Both the position numbers and the translations under genes were made by a program. Positions 14,085-28,570 of a stretch of 64,000 nt of DNA are shown in pieces. Numbering within the stretch: position 1 is the stretch's first letter; every line of letters starts with the position of its first letter. This stretch comes from the human T2T-CHM13v2.0 reference genome, Homo sapiens, in the NCBI RefSeq assembly GCF_009914755.1, contig NC_060927.1. One strand, 5' to 3'. Below the pieces are notes generated by a model that saw only the letters and a program-made list of their open reading frames with translations, made no database searches and had not been told where the DNA came from.

Positions 14085-14204
14085 AGTAATTCAAAGTATC
14101 AGATCAGGTTGTCATATTGCTTTAGACTACCGTTACTTTTCCATTTTCTATTCTCACAGTATGGCAGATGCATGCTACAGATGTTAGAATTTACACTTGG
14201 TTCC
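14085..14204 (-). other. Candidate 120-nt non-coding exon
   Basis: Acceptor TTTTCCTTCCACAG|G with a longer pyrimidine tract upstream; donor ACT|GTAAGT; stops in all three frames. Confidence 0.45.
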
Positions 14205-15052
14205 CTGTGGAAGGAAAATTAATATAAAAAGAAAAAAAGTAATACGCCCTTTGTGCATCTTACATGGCTTGCTGCTAGCATTTTTATGTCAGTTGGAAGA
14301 GACTGTAGAAATTGCCCATTTAACTCCTGAATTTTCCATATAAGGTGGCTGAGTTACAGAGTTTTCAAGTGGCTTATCTAATGTCCTTTGGCTAACGTCT
14401 CAAAGCTGGTTAATACTATAGCCGAGTTGCAACTTCCAAAATGCCAAACTTAAGTCTAGTATACTATTAACCATGCATTATGCTATGCCTCTCTCAGCCT
14501 AAATATTGGATAACGAAATTTGTTTTAGTGGTAATAAACCATCTCAGGGTTTGAGAGAGACAGGTATAGTCCCACTATTCAAATACATATGAGTTGAAAC
14601 TCAGAGACGTTTGTCTCAGAATTATTTATGATTAAAAAGAATCTGCATATTTGTTTAATATCTAATTCTATATAAAATTATCTTTCAGTTGAAATGAGAG
14701 AACTTTTCTTTGGTAAGTAGAACTTTCAATTTAACTAAGATCTAATTATTTATGCTTTGAACCTTCTGAGGATGAATAGTCCTGAAAACAGTCATATGCT
14801 TCTTGAGAATTCACTGTCAGGAATTTTTCTAATCTCTCAATTCAAAAGAAATATTTAGACAAATCTTCACCAACCCAAAATACATAGTCTGATATCCAAT
14901 TTTTACCAACCATATAACACTACATTTAGAAAGTATTTTTTTTAAAAGATAATATCTATCTAGAGAACTACTAAGTGGAACATGCCTAACTGGAAATTCA
15001 AGCTCTTTCCTCAAAGGTGTGCAGAGGAAGAAAGCTAAAAGCTTAGTAGTCT

Positions 15053-15096
15053 GGTGTGTGTGTATGTGTGTGTGTGTGTGTATGTGTGTGTGTGTG
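15053..15096. repeat. Interrupted (GT)n microsatellite
   Basis: Direct reading. Confidence 0.95.
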
Positions 15097-15239
15097 CAGG
15101 GGGCGAGGGGGAGTAACCAAATTCATTAACTATCACTCTTAAATTAATCAAAATTATTCTCCTGAAAGCAAATTTTTTGCTGGATCAGGCCTGTAACCTG
15201 GCTTTGTGTCAGATAACTAGAATTAATGCCTTGAATGAA

Positions 15240-15500
15240 TACATCTTGCCACCGTCATGGCCATTATAATTGAGCACCTATGATGTGCCATATGTTGGAC
15301 GTAGAAACTTCGTGTATCACTTTTATTTAACCTTCCAAATAGCCTTGAAAAATGAGTGTAAGAAAACGTACTTACATATAAGAAAACTAAAGGATCTATA
15401 TGGTTAAGTAATTTTGTTCAGGTTGCCCAAACTAGTATTTAAAGGTGACTTCAGTCAATTAGTATTAAAATGCCAGATATTTTTCCCTCCAAGAGTCAGG
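15240..15500 (-). mobile_element. MIR
   Basis: ATTGAGCACCTATGATGTGCCA...AAGAAAACTAAAG...GGTTAAGTAATTTTG. Confidence 0.6.
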
Positions 15501-15876
15501 CTGTCTCTGATTTCATCATTCTAAGTTCACTAGAATTTCAGGATTCTAAGTACTTGTTAAGAACGTTGCTTGTATGAATACACTATTAATATAACTATTT
15601 AAGTGAATAAATAAAAATGAAGTCTTAAAAAACTAATTCAAAGGTTTAATCACTATAATTTGTGTTCTAAAATCCACTATAGGCCTCCAAATACAAGATA
15701 AGTATCAGGGACATTAAATGTAAAACAACTTTTTATTTTCGTAAAAATCATTTTTTATTGCTTATTATCATATTTACGTATTTTTTAGAATAAAGACATT
15801 AAAATAAAATGTCAGGATTTCATCTAAACAGAAGAAAATTTCTACTTGTTTGCTAATTTAATTGAGGCTTGGATAA

Positions 15877-16217
<341 letters not shown>

Positions 16218-17329
16218 TCATTTTACTGGTTTTAATTAGCACTATAGAATTTTCTTTTTTACCAGTGTTGCCAGGTTACAATCTCTGCCAATGAACTTAA
16301 TCTAATATGTATGTGAGAAGGAAAAAAGAATATGTATATATATATAATATATACATATGTATGCATACACATATTTTTAAACTTATTTTTAAAGATAAAA
16401 TTTGTGATTCTGTGGTAGAAAATGACTGATCATAATCATTTCATTATTCTAGATTCTGAAATTACTCTCTCTAGTTGGATTGCTAGATTGAACAAAATTA
16501 GCATTTTATCATGTCACTATAACCTCAAGGATGTTTTTCACGTATGCATTTCACACTTGCTGCAGTTGCTATGGATTATTTAATCTACATGCAATGGTTG
16601 CTATGGGTTATGGTACCCAAATGACAGGGCCGACAATATAGTCTTTTCAGATTTTCAGAGGACTTCCTCAAATGTAACTAATCACTCTACAGAAAATAAT
16701 GTCTAGCTTAGTGGAATATTATCTGATAAATTTATTTACTGGTCATTAAGATTGATATATTATTTTTAGATTGAAACTCCGATACTACCTTGAAGGGCTT
16801 TTTTTTTCTGTTCAGCAGAGATTGAGGTTAGCTAGTATTGAGGACTATAAAAATCTTTGATAGTTTAATGGGTAAAATATGCAACAGGGTAGAAATTGAA
16901 TATGATAGCTTTTCTGCTTCTTTCCAAAACAAGGAACAACAAACAATCAGTTCTCCTAACCCAGAAATGCTTCATATGGTTTCACAATTGATTTGGATAT
17001 GTATTGTTCCTCAAATGCAGAAATATATGTATATGTATGTATGGCCACTAGAAAATGTATGAGTATATCCAAACAATCTTAATTTTGAAGGTTCATTGTA
17101 ATTTGAACTGAACAAAATATTATTATTATCTAAAGTTGTACATCTGCCTTCATTTAGTTTCAAAATTATCAAAACGATGTTTCCCAGAGTATCCCACAAA
17201 TAATTATTCTTAGTAGGTCTTATAATTTGTATTATTCTACTTCTCCAAAGATACTAGGTACACACACACACATGCACACACACACAGTTGTATTTGCTAT
17301 ATTCTGCATTTTCTGCATTTACATGCTAA

Positions 17330-17545
17330 GGCTAAAGAGTGAATTTTAATGCTCTGGACCACACAGTCTTGAATTCTAGGCCATCTGTTTATTAACCATG
17401 TAACTACGGGAAATTTAGTTAAACTCCCAAAATATTTGTTGCTTTGTCTGTAAATTAGTGATAATAATACCTATCAAATAGGATTTTTGTGAAAATCATA
17501 TGCCTAACATATAGCAAAAACTCAATACATGTTAGTGTTATGTAT
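17330..17545 (+). mobile_element. MIR
   Basis: GCTCTGGACC...TCTGTAAATTAGTGATAATAATACCTA...AACTCAATACATGTTAG. Confidence 0.65.
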
Positions 17546-18239
17546 TTATTGATGTTTATTACCTAAGCCTTTAATATTGTTACGGCTTTATTTGAATTTC
17601 ATGTGAATACAAAGGGCAAAATGGGAACATTGATTCTCCCCTGTTACTATAGCATAATTTTTCTGAATGGGCAATCAGATTTATCACAACATTTTAAGGA
17701 AAATTCAAAATTTTGTTAGAGTTTAAAATTCTAGTCATTTCATCCCAGGATATTATTGCAGTATACTCTATAAAGTGTTCATTATTTCTTGGTAACCAGC
17801 AGCAGCACTGCAGTCTATTTTATATTTTCTTAAATTTCTATGATTTATTATTGCTTGAATTTTTAGTTATTGGAATATTGTATCACCATAGAGCAAATAG
17901 GATGAACAAAAGTAGGTCTTGATGATAAGTTCAATATTTTGCAATTTTAAAAAAGAAAACATTTGACTTTATATAGCTGAATTGACTAAATTCAGTATTG
18001 GCTTTAAAGCATTCAGTTAGTAATAAAGGCCTTAGAATCTTTAGTCTTAATCTTCAATCAGATGAATTTATCATTTTGTAAAATTTAATTTGATCTTGAG
18101 ATTTCTGTATCACACCCAGCTACCTAGTCCAAAAGGAGCTAGACTTCTATACATATCATTTGGGTTCTTTGTTTTGTAATGCTTTGTTAGTCAGCATGCT
18201 TCCAAGGAAACTGAATTCGGTTTTCAGTTGGGTACTGCC

Positions 18240-18607
18240 TGCCTCAGTCTGTTCAGGCTGCTATAAGAAAATACCTTAGACCTGGTAATTTATAAACAGG
18301 AATTAATTGCTCACAGTTCTGAAGCTGGGAAGTCCAAGATTAAGGCATCAGCAGATTTGATTTCAAATGTGGGATAAATATTTGATCACCGTGGGCTTCA
18401 AAAATGGTGCTTTCCTGGTATGTCCTCATGTGGTGAAAAGAGCCAACAAGCCTCTAGGCCTCTTTTATAAGGGAACTAATCCTGTTCATGGGCTCCACCC
18501 TCATGACTCAATCACTTCCTAAAATCCCCACCTCTTGATACTATTAAATCAGAGATTAGGTTTCAACATGTACATTTTGGAGGGACAGAAACATTCACAC
18601 TATAGCA
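18240..18607 (-). mobile_element. MSTD-like MaLR LTR
   Basis: TGCCTCAGTCTGTTCAGGCTGCTATAAG...GGGAAGTCCAAGAT...AACATTCACACTATAGCA. Confidence 0.8.
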
Positions 18608-18712
18608 CCACTTAAGATAAACTTGAACTATTCAGTCTTCCTGCATCAAGACAATGCACAATATTAATGTTGTAATGACTGAAAAAACTCACAATGATGC
18701 TATGTCAGACCC

Positions 18713-21700
18713 TTTTTTCGTTGATATGTCACAATAGTACATATTCTGGGAATACACGTGATGTTTTGATACATGTACACAATGTGTAATAATCAAATCA
18801 GGGTAATTGGGATATCCATCACCTCAAATATTTATCCTTTCTTTATGTTTGGAACATTACATTTCTTCCCTTCTAGCTATTTTGAAATATGTAATAAATT
18901 ATTGTTAACTATAATTTCTCTACTGTACTATCAGATACTAGAACATATTCCTTTTAACTAACTGTATTTTTGTACCTGTTAACCAATTTCTCTTAATTTC
19001 TACCCTTTTCCCTTCCCAGCCTCTGGTAACCACCATCCTATGCTCTACCTCTGTAAGACTCACCTTTATAGCTCCCACATATGAGTGAGAACATGTGATA
19101 TTTGTCTTTCTGTTCCTAGCTTATTTCATTTAACATAATGACCTCCAGATCCATCCGTGTTGCTGCAAATGACAGGATTTCATTCTTTTTATGGCTAAAT
19201 AATATTTCACTGTGTATATAGGCCACATTTTCTTTATTCATCTGTTGATGGACACTTGATTCTATATCTTGCCTATTGTGAATAGGGCTGCAATAAACAT
19301 GACGGTGCAGATATCCTTTGATATACTGATTTTCTTTCTTTGGTCTATATACCCAGCAGAGTGACTGATGGACCGTAAGGTAGTTCTATTTTTAGTTTTT
19401 TGAAGAACCCCCATACTCTATTCCATAATGACTACTGTTTTACATCCCTATCAATGGTGTAAAGATGTTCCCCTTTCTCCACATCCTCACCAACACTCGT
19501 TATTTTTTGTCTTTTTGATAATAGCTATTCTAACTGGGGTGAAATGATATCTCATTGTGATTTTGATTTGCATTTTCCTGTTGATTGATGTTGTTGAGCT
19601 TTTATTTTCAGATTCCTGTTGATGATTTGTATTTGTTTGTTTGTTTGTTTTTTAGAAATGTCTTTTCACGTCTTTTTCCCATTTTTAAATCAGACTTTTT
19701 TTTTTTCCTATTGAGTCATTTGAGTTCCTTATATATTCTGGTTATTAATTCCTGGAAGGATGGATAGTTTGCAAATATTTTCTCCCATTCTGTAAATTGT
19801 CACTTCACTTTGTTAATTGGTTTCTTTGCTGTGCTGAAGCTTTTTAGCTTAATGTAATCCCATTTGTTTATTTTTGCTTTTGTTGCCTGTGCTTTTGAGT
19901 TCTTTCTAAAAACTCTTTTTCCAGACCAAGTTCCTGTAGCATTTTCTCATTTTCTTTTAATAGTTTCATATCTTACGTTTAAGTCTTTAATTCATTTTGA
20001 GTTGATATTTGTGTATATGGTGACAGAGGAGTCTGGTTTCATTCTTCTGCATGTGTTTATCTAGTTTTCCCAACACTACTTATTGAAAATATTGTCTTTT
20101 CCCCATTGTATGTTCTTGGTGCCTTTGTCAAAGATGAGTTAGGTGTAAAGTAAGAGTTTATATCTGGGTTCTCTATGCTGTTCCATTGGTCTGTGGGTCC
20201 GTTTTTATGCCAGTACCAACTTGTTTTAGTTACTTTCTTATTTAGTAGTAATCTTTGAAGTCAGGAAGCGTGATGCCTTAAACTTTGTCCTTTCTTCCCA
20301 GGGTTGCTTTGGCTATTTGGTGTCTTTTGTGGTTCCATACACATTTTATAATTGCTTTTTCTATTACTGTGAAAATCATTTTTGGTATTTTTTCATTGAA
20401 GCTGTAGATTACCTTGGGTAGGATAGACATTGTAATGATTTTAATTTTCCAATTTCCCACGAACATCAGATCTCTTTCCATTTTTTTGTGTGTTCCCTCT
20501 TCAATTTCTTTCATCAGTCTTTTACAGTTTTCCTTGCAGCGATCTTTTATTTCCTTGGTTAGATTTATTCCTAGATTTATTTTATTTATTTATAGCGATT
20601 GTAAATGGAATTACTTTCTTGATATCTTTTTCAGATTGATCACCATTAGAACATAGAAAAGCTACTGATTTTTGTATGTTGATATTTTAACCTGTAACTT
20701 TGCTAAATTTATCAGTTCTCAGAATTCTTAATGGATTCTTTTAAGTTTTTCTAAATATAAGATCATGGCACCTTCAAACAAGGATAATTTGACTTTTTCC
20801 TTTCCAATTTGGATGCTTTTTATTTCTTTTTCTTACCTAATTGCCCTGGCTAGGACTTCCAGTACTAAGTTGAGTAAAAGCGGTGAAAGTGAACATCCTT
20901 CTCATGTTCCTGATCTTAATGAAAAGGCTTTCATTTTTTTCCACATTCAATATTATATTAGCTGTGGGCTTGTCACATACAGCCTTTACCATTTGAGTTG
21001 TTTCTTCCACAATAAAACCCAATTTATTGAGGGTTTTTATTGTGAAATGATGTTGAATTTTATCAAATGCTTTATCAGCATCTATTGAAATAATCATTTG
21101 TTTTTGGTCTTTGATTTTCTTGATGTATTGTATCACATTCATTGATTTGTATATGTTGAATCATCTGGTGTCCCTGGGATGGTTCCCACTTGATCATGTG
21201 AATAATTTTTTAATGTGTTGTTGAATTCAATTTGCTAGTATTTTTTGAGGAATTCAGCATTTACTTTCTTCAGGGATATTGGCCTGTAGTTTGTTTGTTT
21301 GTTTGTTTGTTTGTTTTGGTTGTATCTTTTTCTGATTTTGGTATCAGGGTTAATGCTGACCTTGCAGACTGAATTTGGAAATATTTACTGCTCTTTAATT
21401 TTTGAGATACTTTGGGTAGAATTGGTATTGGTTCTTCTTTAAATGTTTGGTAGAATTCAGCAGTGTATACATTAGCTCCTGGGCTTGCTTTTTTATTTTA
21501 TTTTATTTTATTTTATTTTAATTTTTCTGCCTAGTGGGGAGACATTTTACTACTGCTTCAGTCTTATTACACATTTTGGATCTGTTCAAGTTTTCTATTT
21601 CTTTATGGTTGAATCTTAGTAGATTTTATGTGTCCAGGAATTTACTCATTTTTCTAGGCTTTCCAATTTGTTGTCATATAATAGTCCAATTTGTTTGTAA

Positions 21701-21955
21701 TAGTCTCTGACAAGCCTTTTTATTTCTTTGACAGCAGTTGCAATGTTTCCTTTTGCCTCTGATTTTATTTGAATATTCTCTCTCTATTTTTTAGTTGTCC
21801 TTGCTAAGAATTTGTTGATTTTATTTCATTTTTTTCAATAAAACAACCTTATGTTTTGGTAATCTTTTCTAATTTGTTTTCAGTCTGAATTTCATTTATT
21901 TCTACTTTGATCTTTATTGTTTATTTATTTCTACTAATTTTGGTTTTGTTTTGTA
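18713..21955 (-). mobile_element. L1MA (L1MA3-5-like), 5'-truncated: 3' UTR plus ORF2 through the RT domain
   Basis: 3' end motif AATCAAATCAGGGTAATTGGGATATCCATCACC; ORF 20837..21142 has [15 protein letters not shown] (L1 RT); ORF 20278..20514 has [10 protein letters not shown]. Confidence 0.93.
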
Positions 21956-23994
21956 TCATGAAAAAGAATAATGCAAGATTAAAGTAAAATATGTCTTTAT
22001 AAAAATAAATTAGAGAGTTTTATGAAGAATCTAATGCATTAGAAACTTGGCATAATTAAGATGAGGTCTAACTCTTCTTTTTAAATTAAAATTGGCACAA
22101 GATTTAGAACTTTTAATTTGTATTTACTAAGATAAATTTGAAAATTTGGATTGGTGGTATTTGTAATATTAAAGAATACGTAATTCCTAGAAAACATAAT
22201 AAAATATTTTAATTTTTGACCTAGATATTGGGTTTAAAGAATGAAATAGATAAAGTCATATTTGCATGATGTATTTTTGTGAGACAGTGATTAATCCTTT
22301 TGAGACAAGATTCTTCACCAGTGTTTAGGAATAAAGTCTATTTGGGAAAAATAAAATGAAGGATATGGAGGTATATATTTCACTGGGCAATAACAATGGG
22401 GATAGAAAGATCAATTATTGGAAAATTTAGAATATTTTTCCAATCTTAAGACTGTTATAATATTTTATGACAGCTTTTAATTCCTTCTCCTAAACGCTCA
22501 TGCTCATAGTTATCTTTGTGCATCTACATCAGTGTGCTAGATTTAAATAGTCTAGCCTAGTAGAGGTATAGAACTACCCTTTTAGGCTGTAGGGAGAACA
22601 AGAATATTGTTAGGAGTTAGTTTGGAAAAAACAAACTTATTGGGAACCTTCTAGCTTTCTCCTGAAATGAGTTATTTCCTTGAATATAGATTTCTTTGTG
22701 TGTTGCATGTCTACTACTCTCTCTATCTATTCAAGTCAAAATTAGCTCATGGTTTTATTAAAGAGCAGAAACATGCAAGGACTATTTTATAAAAGCCAGT
22801 TGTAGTAGAGAAGCCATTCTTGACTAGTTTTTAACTTTATTAATCTTCAGTATCTATAGTGCCTAGAACAGTGTCTGACTCCTGACCACACAGATTGAAC
22901 ATCTGCTGAAAAGACTCTGAATAAAATTTTTATATAAAGAACTTAGCCATAGAACAATATTTGTATTTTTGATTTTTTTTGTATTAAAGCAAAATAATAA
23001 AAAGTTAATTTGAATGAATGTTGAAAATATATTGAATTTAAATTATTATAAGCCTTTTCACCTGTTCCTTCTCAGGTAAAAACTCTAAATTATTGTCATG
23101 TTCACTTTGACTTGTATTAAGTAAAATGAATTTTAGATGAAGAGGAAAAAATATAATTACTTATATTTGATTAAGTGGTTTGATTTTTTTTCCTATCAAA
23201 TCCTATCAAAGGTTTTACCTTATCATATTTCCAGCTTACAGTGAAGGTCCTTTTACTAATTTCTTATGACACAGTGAATTTCTCCCTCTTCATTTTGATG
23301 GTCCCTTAACTTGTATTTTCATCACCTGGATAATGCAACTGACAAGTGTGTATATGAACACTGACACATCTCATCGATATATATTGTAGTCAAGGAGAGT
23401 AATTTGCCCAAAGATCATAGCTTGCCCAGCAATTTATCTCACACCTGCCCAGACAGACACAACAGTCTAGCTCATCCATCAAAGTTCATGATGTAAGCTC
23501 AGTGGAATTTGAAACTTACAATAAGAAAATGAGATTGGTGTAATCAACATTGTATGCAAGGTGACACAGAGCAAACAGTTACAAGGCTGTATTTTAAAAC
23601 AATTATTTGTCAACATCTAAACATTCAGGTTAGCCTGAAAATGAGTATCTTTTAAAATATATTTTTTCAGGTTATGGCTTCAGACCAACCAACTTTTCGG
23701 GATTTCAAATATAAAAATTTCCAAACCAAAAAACGTGAATTAAATTAGAGAGCAATACTTTAAATGTTTTTACTTGAGAGAACCACAGACTAAGTGTTTT
23801 AAAGTCCTAAATACATAGAAAGGTGAGTTGCAAATATAAATCTCTGTATTGTTTCTGCATTACCATCCATTTTCATAGCCTCAAAAATTTTAAATGCTAG
23901 AATAAAGTCTGTCAGTATTCAAGCTTAGCACAATAAACATTAATAGCTCTCCAGTTCATTATGATAGCATCTTAACATTAAAAAAAATGTTTTA

Positions 23995-24304
<310 letters not shown>

Positions 24305-25431
24305 CTATTTTCAAAATTTTGTTTTCCAGAATAAGCACTGGAAGTAGACAGATAATGACATCCCTGTTTTAGAACACTGAAATTTTGAGAGATTAAGAAA
24401 CTTATTCAGTCACAAAACTGGCTCATGAAAATTCCAAGAATAGAATCTAGATCTCCTGAATCCAAGACTTTTCTTCCAAAATGCAAGACTGCCTTCTGTG
24501 GTACTTCTGTGTTGCAGAATGTGTTGGTGTATGGCATTAAGTAGGGCATCAGAATTTCAGAACTGAAGTAAATCTTGGAGACTATCTAGTATAACTTCCC
24601 TGATTTTATAGAGAAGAAAATGAAGTTCAGAGAAAGGAGGTAGAACTGAGATGAGAACTCAGGTTCCTAGAGTCATCAATCAAATACCCTTTATAGAATA
24701 ACAAGCTTTTCCTCAAATACTCATTCTAATATTTGCACATGTTAGAGCATGTGAATTTGTTGTCTCTGTTTTATCACTTGTAGTATAGAGACAATGTTTT
24801 CCAAAAGAACTGTTCCACTATGCAGGATATTATACATGTTTTATTTAAAAGTACTTTTTCTCAAATCGTGTGCATATCCAGGCACCAATATAACATGAAA
24901 AGCTTCTGGCTGGAAATTTAAACAAAAAATATCATTATTATGCACGATGAGCCCACCAAAAGAGTTCAAATTTGTTTTATTTGTTATCTTAGCTTTGTAG
25001 CTAGCAGAATCAGTCCCTGGAGCATAACTATACCATCTTTGGAACGTTACATTAGGATAATATGAATATCTTAAATATTGGTTTCAGTTTATATTTGGAA
25101 GTCTTAGCACCTTAGTAGTGTAGATTACATTTTAATACAAATGAGTGGGTAGATAAAAAAACAAAAATCCTGTTTTTAAGTAGGCTTAGAAAATTAAAGT
25201 CCAACTAATAATAAGAACAAATTATATTAGCACTTAATTCAAATAATAGAACTCAAATTAATTAATCTACTTCTTCCTGGGATAGACCTCTGTAGTTTTC
25301 AGACATATATACTTAGTACAGGGTATGCTTTTGACAAATAAATATGGCATGGTGTGGTAAATATCCTAAGTTCCTGTTTTTCAAATACTCCATTTTATAT
25401 TAAAAATAGTGAAACTTAAATCTGTGCTGGC

Positions 25432-25525
25432 AAGAAAGAAAGGAAGGAAGGAAGGAAAGAGAGAGAGAGAAAAAGAAAGAAAGAAAGAGAGAGAGAGAGA
25501 AAGAAAAAGAAAGAAAGAAAGAAAG

Positions 25526-25599
<74 letters not shown>

Positions 25600-25611
25600 G
25601 AAGGAAGGAAG
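25432..25611. repeat. Compound (GAAA)n/(GGAA)n/(GA)n polypurine microsatellite
   Basis: ~180 nt of uninterrupted A/G. Confidence 0.97.
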
Positions 25612-28129
25612 GGATGGGGATCTGAAGGGGTTAAATTGACTAATTTCTATTGGTCAGATGTTTCAAACCTCAAAATTGACCTCAGCTCAGATATTGCAGA
25701 GGATGAAATATGAGCAAAGATCCAAATTGTCACGTTTAAAATCTTAATAGATCTCCTTATTTATTGAAAACTTTGATTGTCTTTCTGGTTTTAAGATTAG
25801 GAGGTGGAGAAGGTGGCTGAAACCCCATGATGGAGTTGTACTCTGTTGCTGTGGTATTATTCTCTTGTTTCTTTGAGTACTATTTTTATTGATGCTGGCC
25901 AAGAGAGAAGAGACCACAAAGATTCAATATCATAACTTTTGTTTAAATTGTATCAGATTTAACAACCAGAAGAACAATAAACTGGAAGTTAGAAAATGTA
26001 CACCTTGCTTTTCACTTGTCCTTGAAATTCTCTGCTATCCTTAGATGCTCATAACCTCAGATATCTGTGTGTTTTTTGCTGTTTTTTTTTTTTTTTTTCT
26101 GTAACAGGAAGATGAAGTTAGACCCAAGGATGTCTTTTTCCTTCTACCTGTGAGTCTATCATGAGAGGACACTGAGAATGTCTGTTTGAATTGTTCTGTT
26201 TAGTGGTTTTAATACTCTTAAAATCTACCCTATTCAAAGATGTTTCGTACTAAAACAGTTCCTTTATCATTTGACAAATTCACTGGGCACTCACTGCATA
26301 AGGGACCATCCAGCCTGCAATGTGGAAAGTGCGCCCATCATCACACAGCACTGATAGGCTGCAGTAATTACATTGGTTTAATATGACTTTCTCCTTCAAC
26401 TGGCAAGAGTTACTGTAGCCCCTTCTTCAGAGGAATTATTTCATTAGGCAATATGTGACCTCTCGTTGGAGTTTATTATTCTAATAATTACTCAGAGAAA
26501 TGGAGAAAACTGATTACCTTGGAATTTTTAGCACCTTTGTTCTTTACAATGAACTTTTGTAGCTGCTAGAGTTACTAAAACACCATAATATCCCTTAATT
26601 TTAGGGGCTGTAGCTATCAGAAGGAGAACAATTGTGGCATTTGATAAGTTTTATGTCATGGCCACAGATCTTTTTTATGAGCTATTGTTTATTATGATAA
26701 CCTTAAGAATAGCATTGTAATTTAACTTTAGTACTGTGGATGACTTTTACTGCATTTTCAGATATTTTCATTTTTTCAAGCATGAAAATGAGACTGTCTA
26801 AAAACTGAAGCTACACTACACACGAATGAGTTTGGTCTTGTGTAGGTGACCACAGAATGAGTAACAGCAATTATACAGCACAAGAAAACATTAATGAGAG
26901 GAAAGAAAACTACACTTAAAGCCACTCTTGGTAGTTTATATTAAGTTTGTTTCTATGTCCAAATCTTAATGATTTATATTTCTTTCTCATGATTTCTGTC
27001 CCCTTTGCAAAATTAATTTCTCCTCAACAGCTTTGCCATCATAGCAATATCAGTATTTGTACATAAACATATTTTTTCCCTTTGACAAAACTACCAGATT
27101 GTCTCAGTTTTCCGTGCGATATAATGAATAACAAAAGACCAAGAAGGGCCTGAATATAGTTAAGAGACAGTCTTACATGTTTGTGTATTTGTTTTTCAGA
27201 TGCAAATTTTGTGACTTAAAATGGACATTAATTAATAGCAGTTATTATTTATTAAGCTCTCACTATGTGCAAGGCACTGTATCATGTGTTTTCTATTCAT
27301 TGTTTTTGGTGGGTGTTATCTCCATTTAACCAATGGAGAAGAGAGGCTTAAAAGTTATACTTTAGGATAGTTTAGCAAAGTTTTAAAGAACAGATTACTC
27401 TATTGTGGGTCATTGATAGGCATTAGTACCAAAGCATATCTATTGTCATATATTCCCATAATACTATTCTAATTTCCTAAAGCAATTAAACAAAAGGGAA
27501 AAGTGCAGCCTAAACAAAATAAGAGTTATTTCAGTTTTTGATTCATTAATACATATGATTTTCATGTGAGTTAAAGGTACTGATGACTTTTGAGTTTGAA
27601 GTCATGTGACAATCTATTTTAAACAAAATACTGTAATATACAAGATCCAGAGATGTGTTCCTTTCTTAGCTTCAGTGGTCATTATGACAATAAGTTGTAG
27701 GACGATGCAGAACCATTCTAGGTCATATGTTGGAATCACCTCCAGAGCTTTCATCACATTTTATAATGTCCTGATGATGTGCATCTTTATTCATTGAAGA
27801 AAAAATTTGTTTTCAAATTGTTAATCAAATGAGATTATATCCCCAAAATTCTTATACCTGGTATATAAAATATTCAGTAAATTTGAGTTTTATTATTATA
27901 GTTGTAATATTCATTGATTAAAGCCAAGTCATACATTGAATGACTAAATTGAAAAACACTATTTGCAGCACTGGGAGTAATGAGATTGATTTCCTTATTT
28001 GGCTTTGGAATGACTCTAAAGACAGTTTCAAGTGAGAAAAATCTGAAATTTCTTAAATTAAGGCAATATAAGGTAAGTGAATAGTTTCCCAAATGAAAGA
28101 CAATGAAAGCAGTATTCATTTAAATAGTG

Positions 28130-28231
28130 TATTTCACTATTACTATTTCACTATTGATAATTTCATTATCAGAAATAGTAATAGTGAAATAGTATTTCAT
28201 AAGTGACTTTATGCTATTTCACTATTACTAT
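28130..28231. repeat. Three-arm inverted repeat (direct-inverted-direct)
   Basis: TATTTCACTATTACTATTTC (28130-28149) is the exact reverse complement of 28172-28191; a third arm lies at 28214-28231. Confidence 0.9.
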
Positions 28232-28339
28232 CCAATGATAGACACTTCATTTGAATGATTAGACATAGTCTGTTATTTAAAACACCCCTTTCAGTGCTTG
28301 ATCATCTTTTCAAAATCAGTAATATAAAAATGTAGGAAT

Positions 28340-28570
28340 AATAGCAAACACAAATGTAGAGCTTACTGAATATCAGGAACTATTCACTTTACATCAATTT
28401 ATTTACTATTCACGATAACTTTATGAAGTGAGATCTATTATTATTATCTCATTTTAAAGATGATGAAAGAATGCATAAACCTGAAAGGTAACTTGCCCAA
28501 GGCAATAGACCAGAAAGTAGCAAAACTAGGATTTGAATCCAGGCAATCTGGCTCCAGTGTCTATGTGCAT
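28340..28570 (-). mobile_element. MIR
   Basis: TATTATTATCTCATTTTAAAGATGA...GGTAACTTGCCCAAGG...GGATTTGAATCCAGGCAATCTGGCTCCAG. Confidence 0.8.

Noticed and set aside
20278-21142. Reverse-transcriptase-like ORFs
   Set aside because: Broken ORF2 of an old L1MA, not an active or novel RT system
25409-25639. 76-aa K/E/R-rich ORF
   Set aside because: Translation of the (GAAA)n microsatellite
26108-26149. Plus-strand 42-nt microexon-like segment (poly-T..AACAG|...|GTGAGT)
   Set aside because: Appears to lie in a decayed MIR-like sequence, with no supporting neighbouring plus-strand exons
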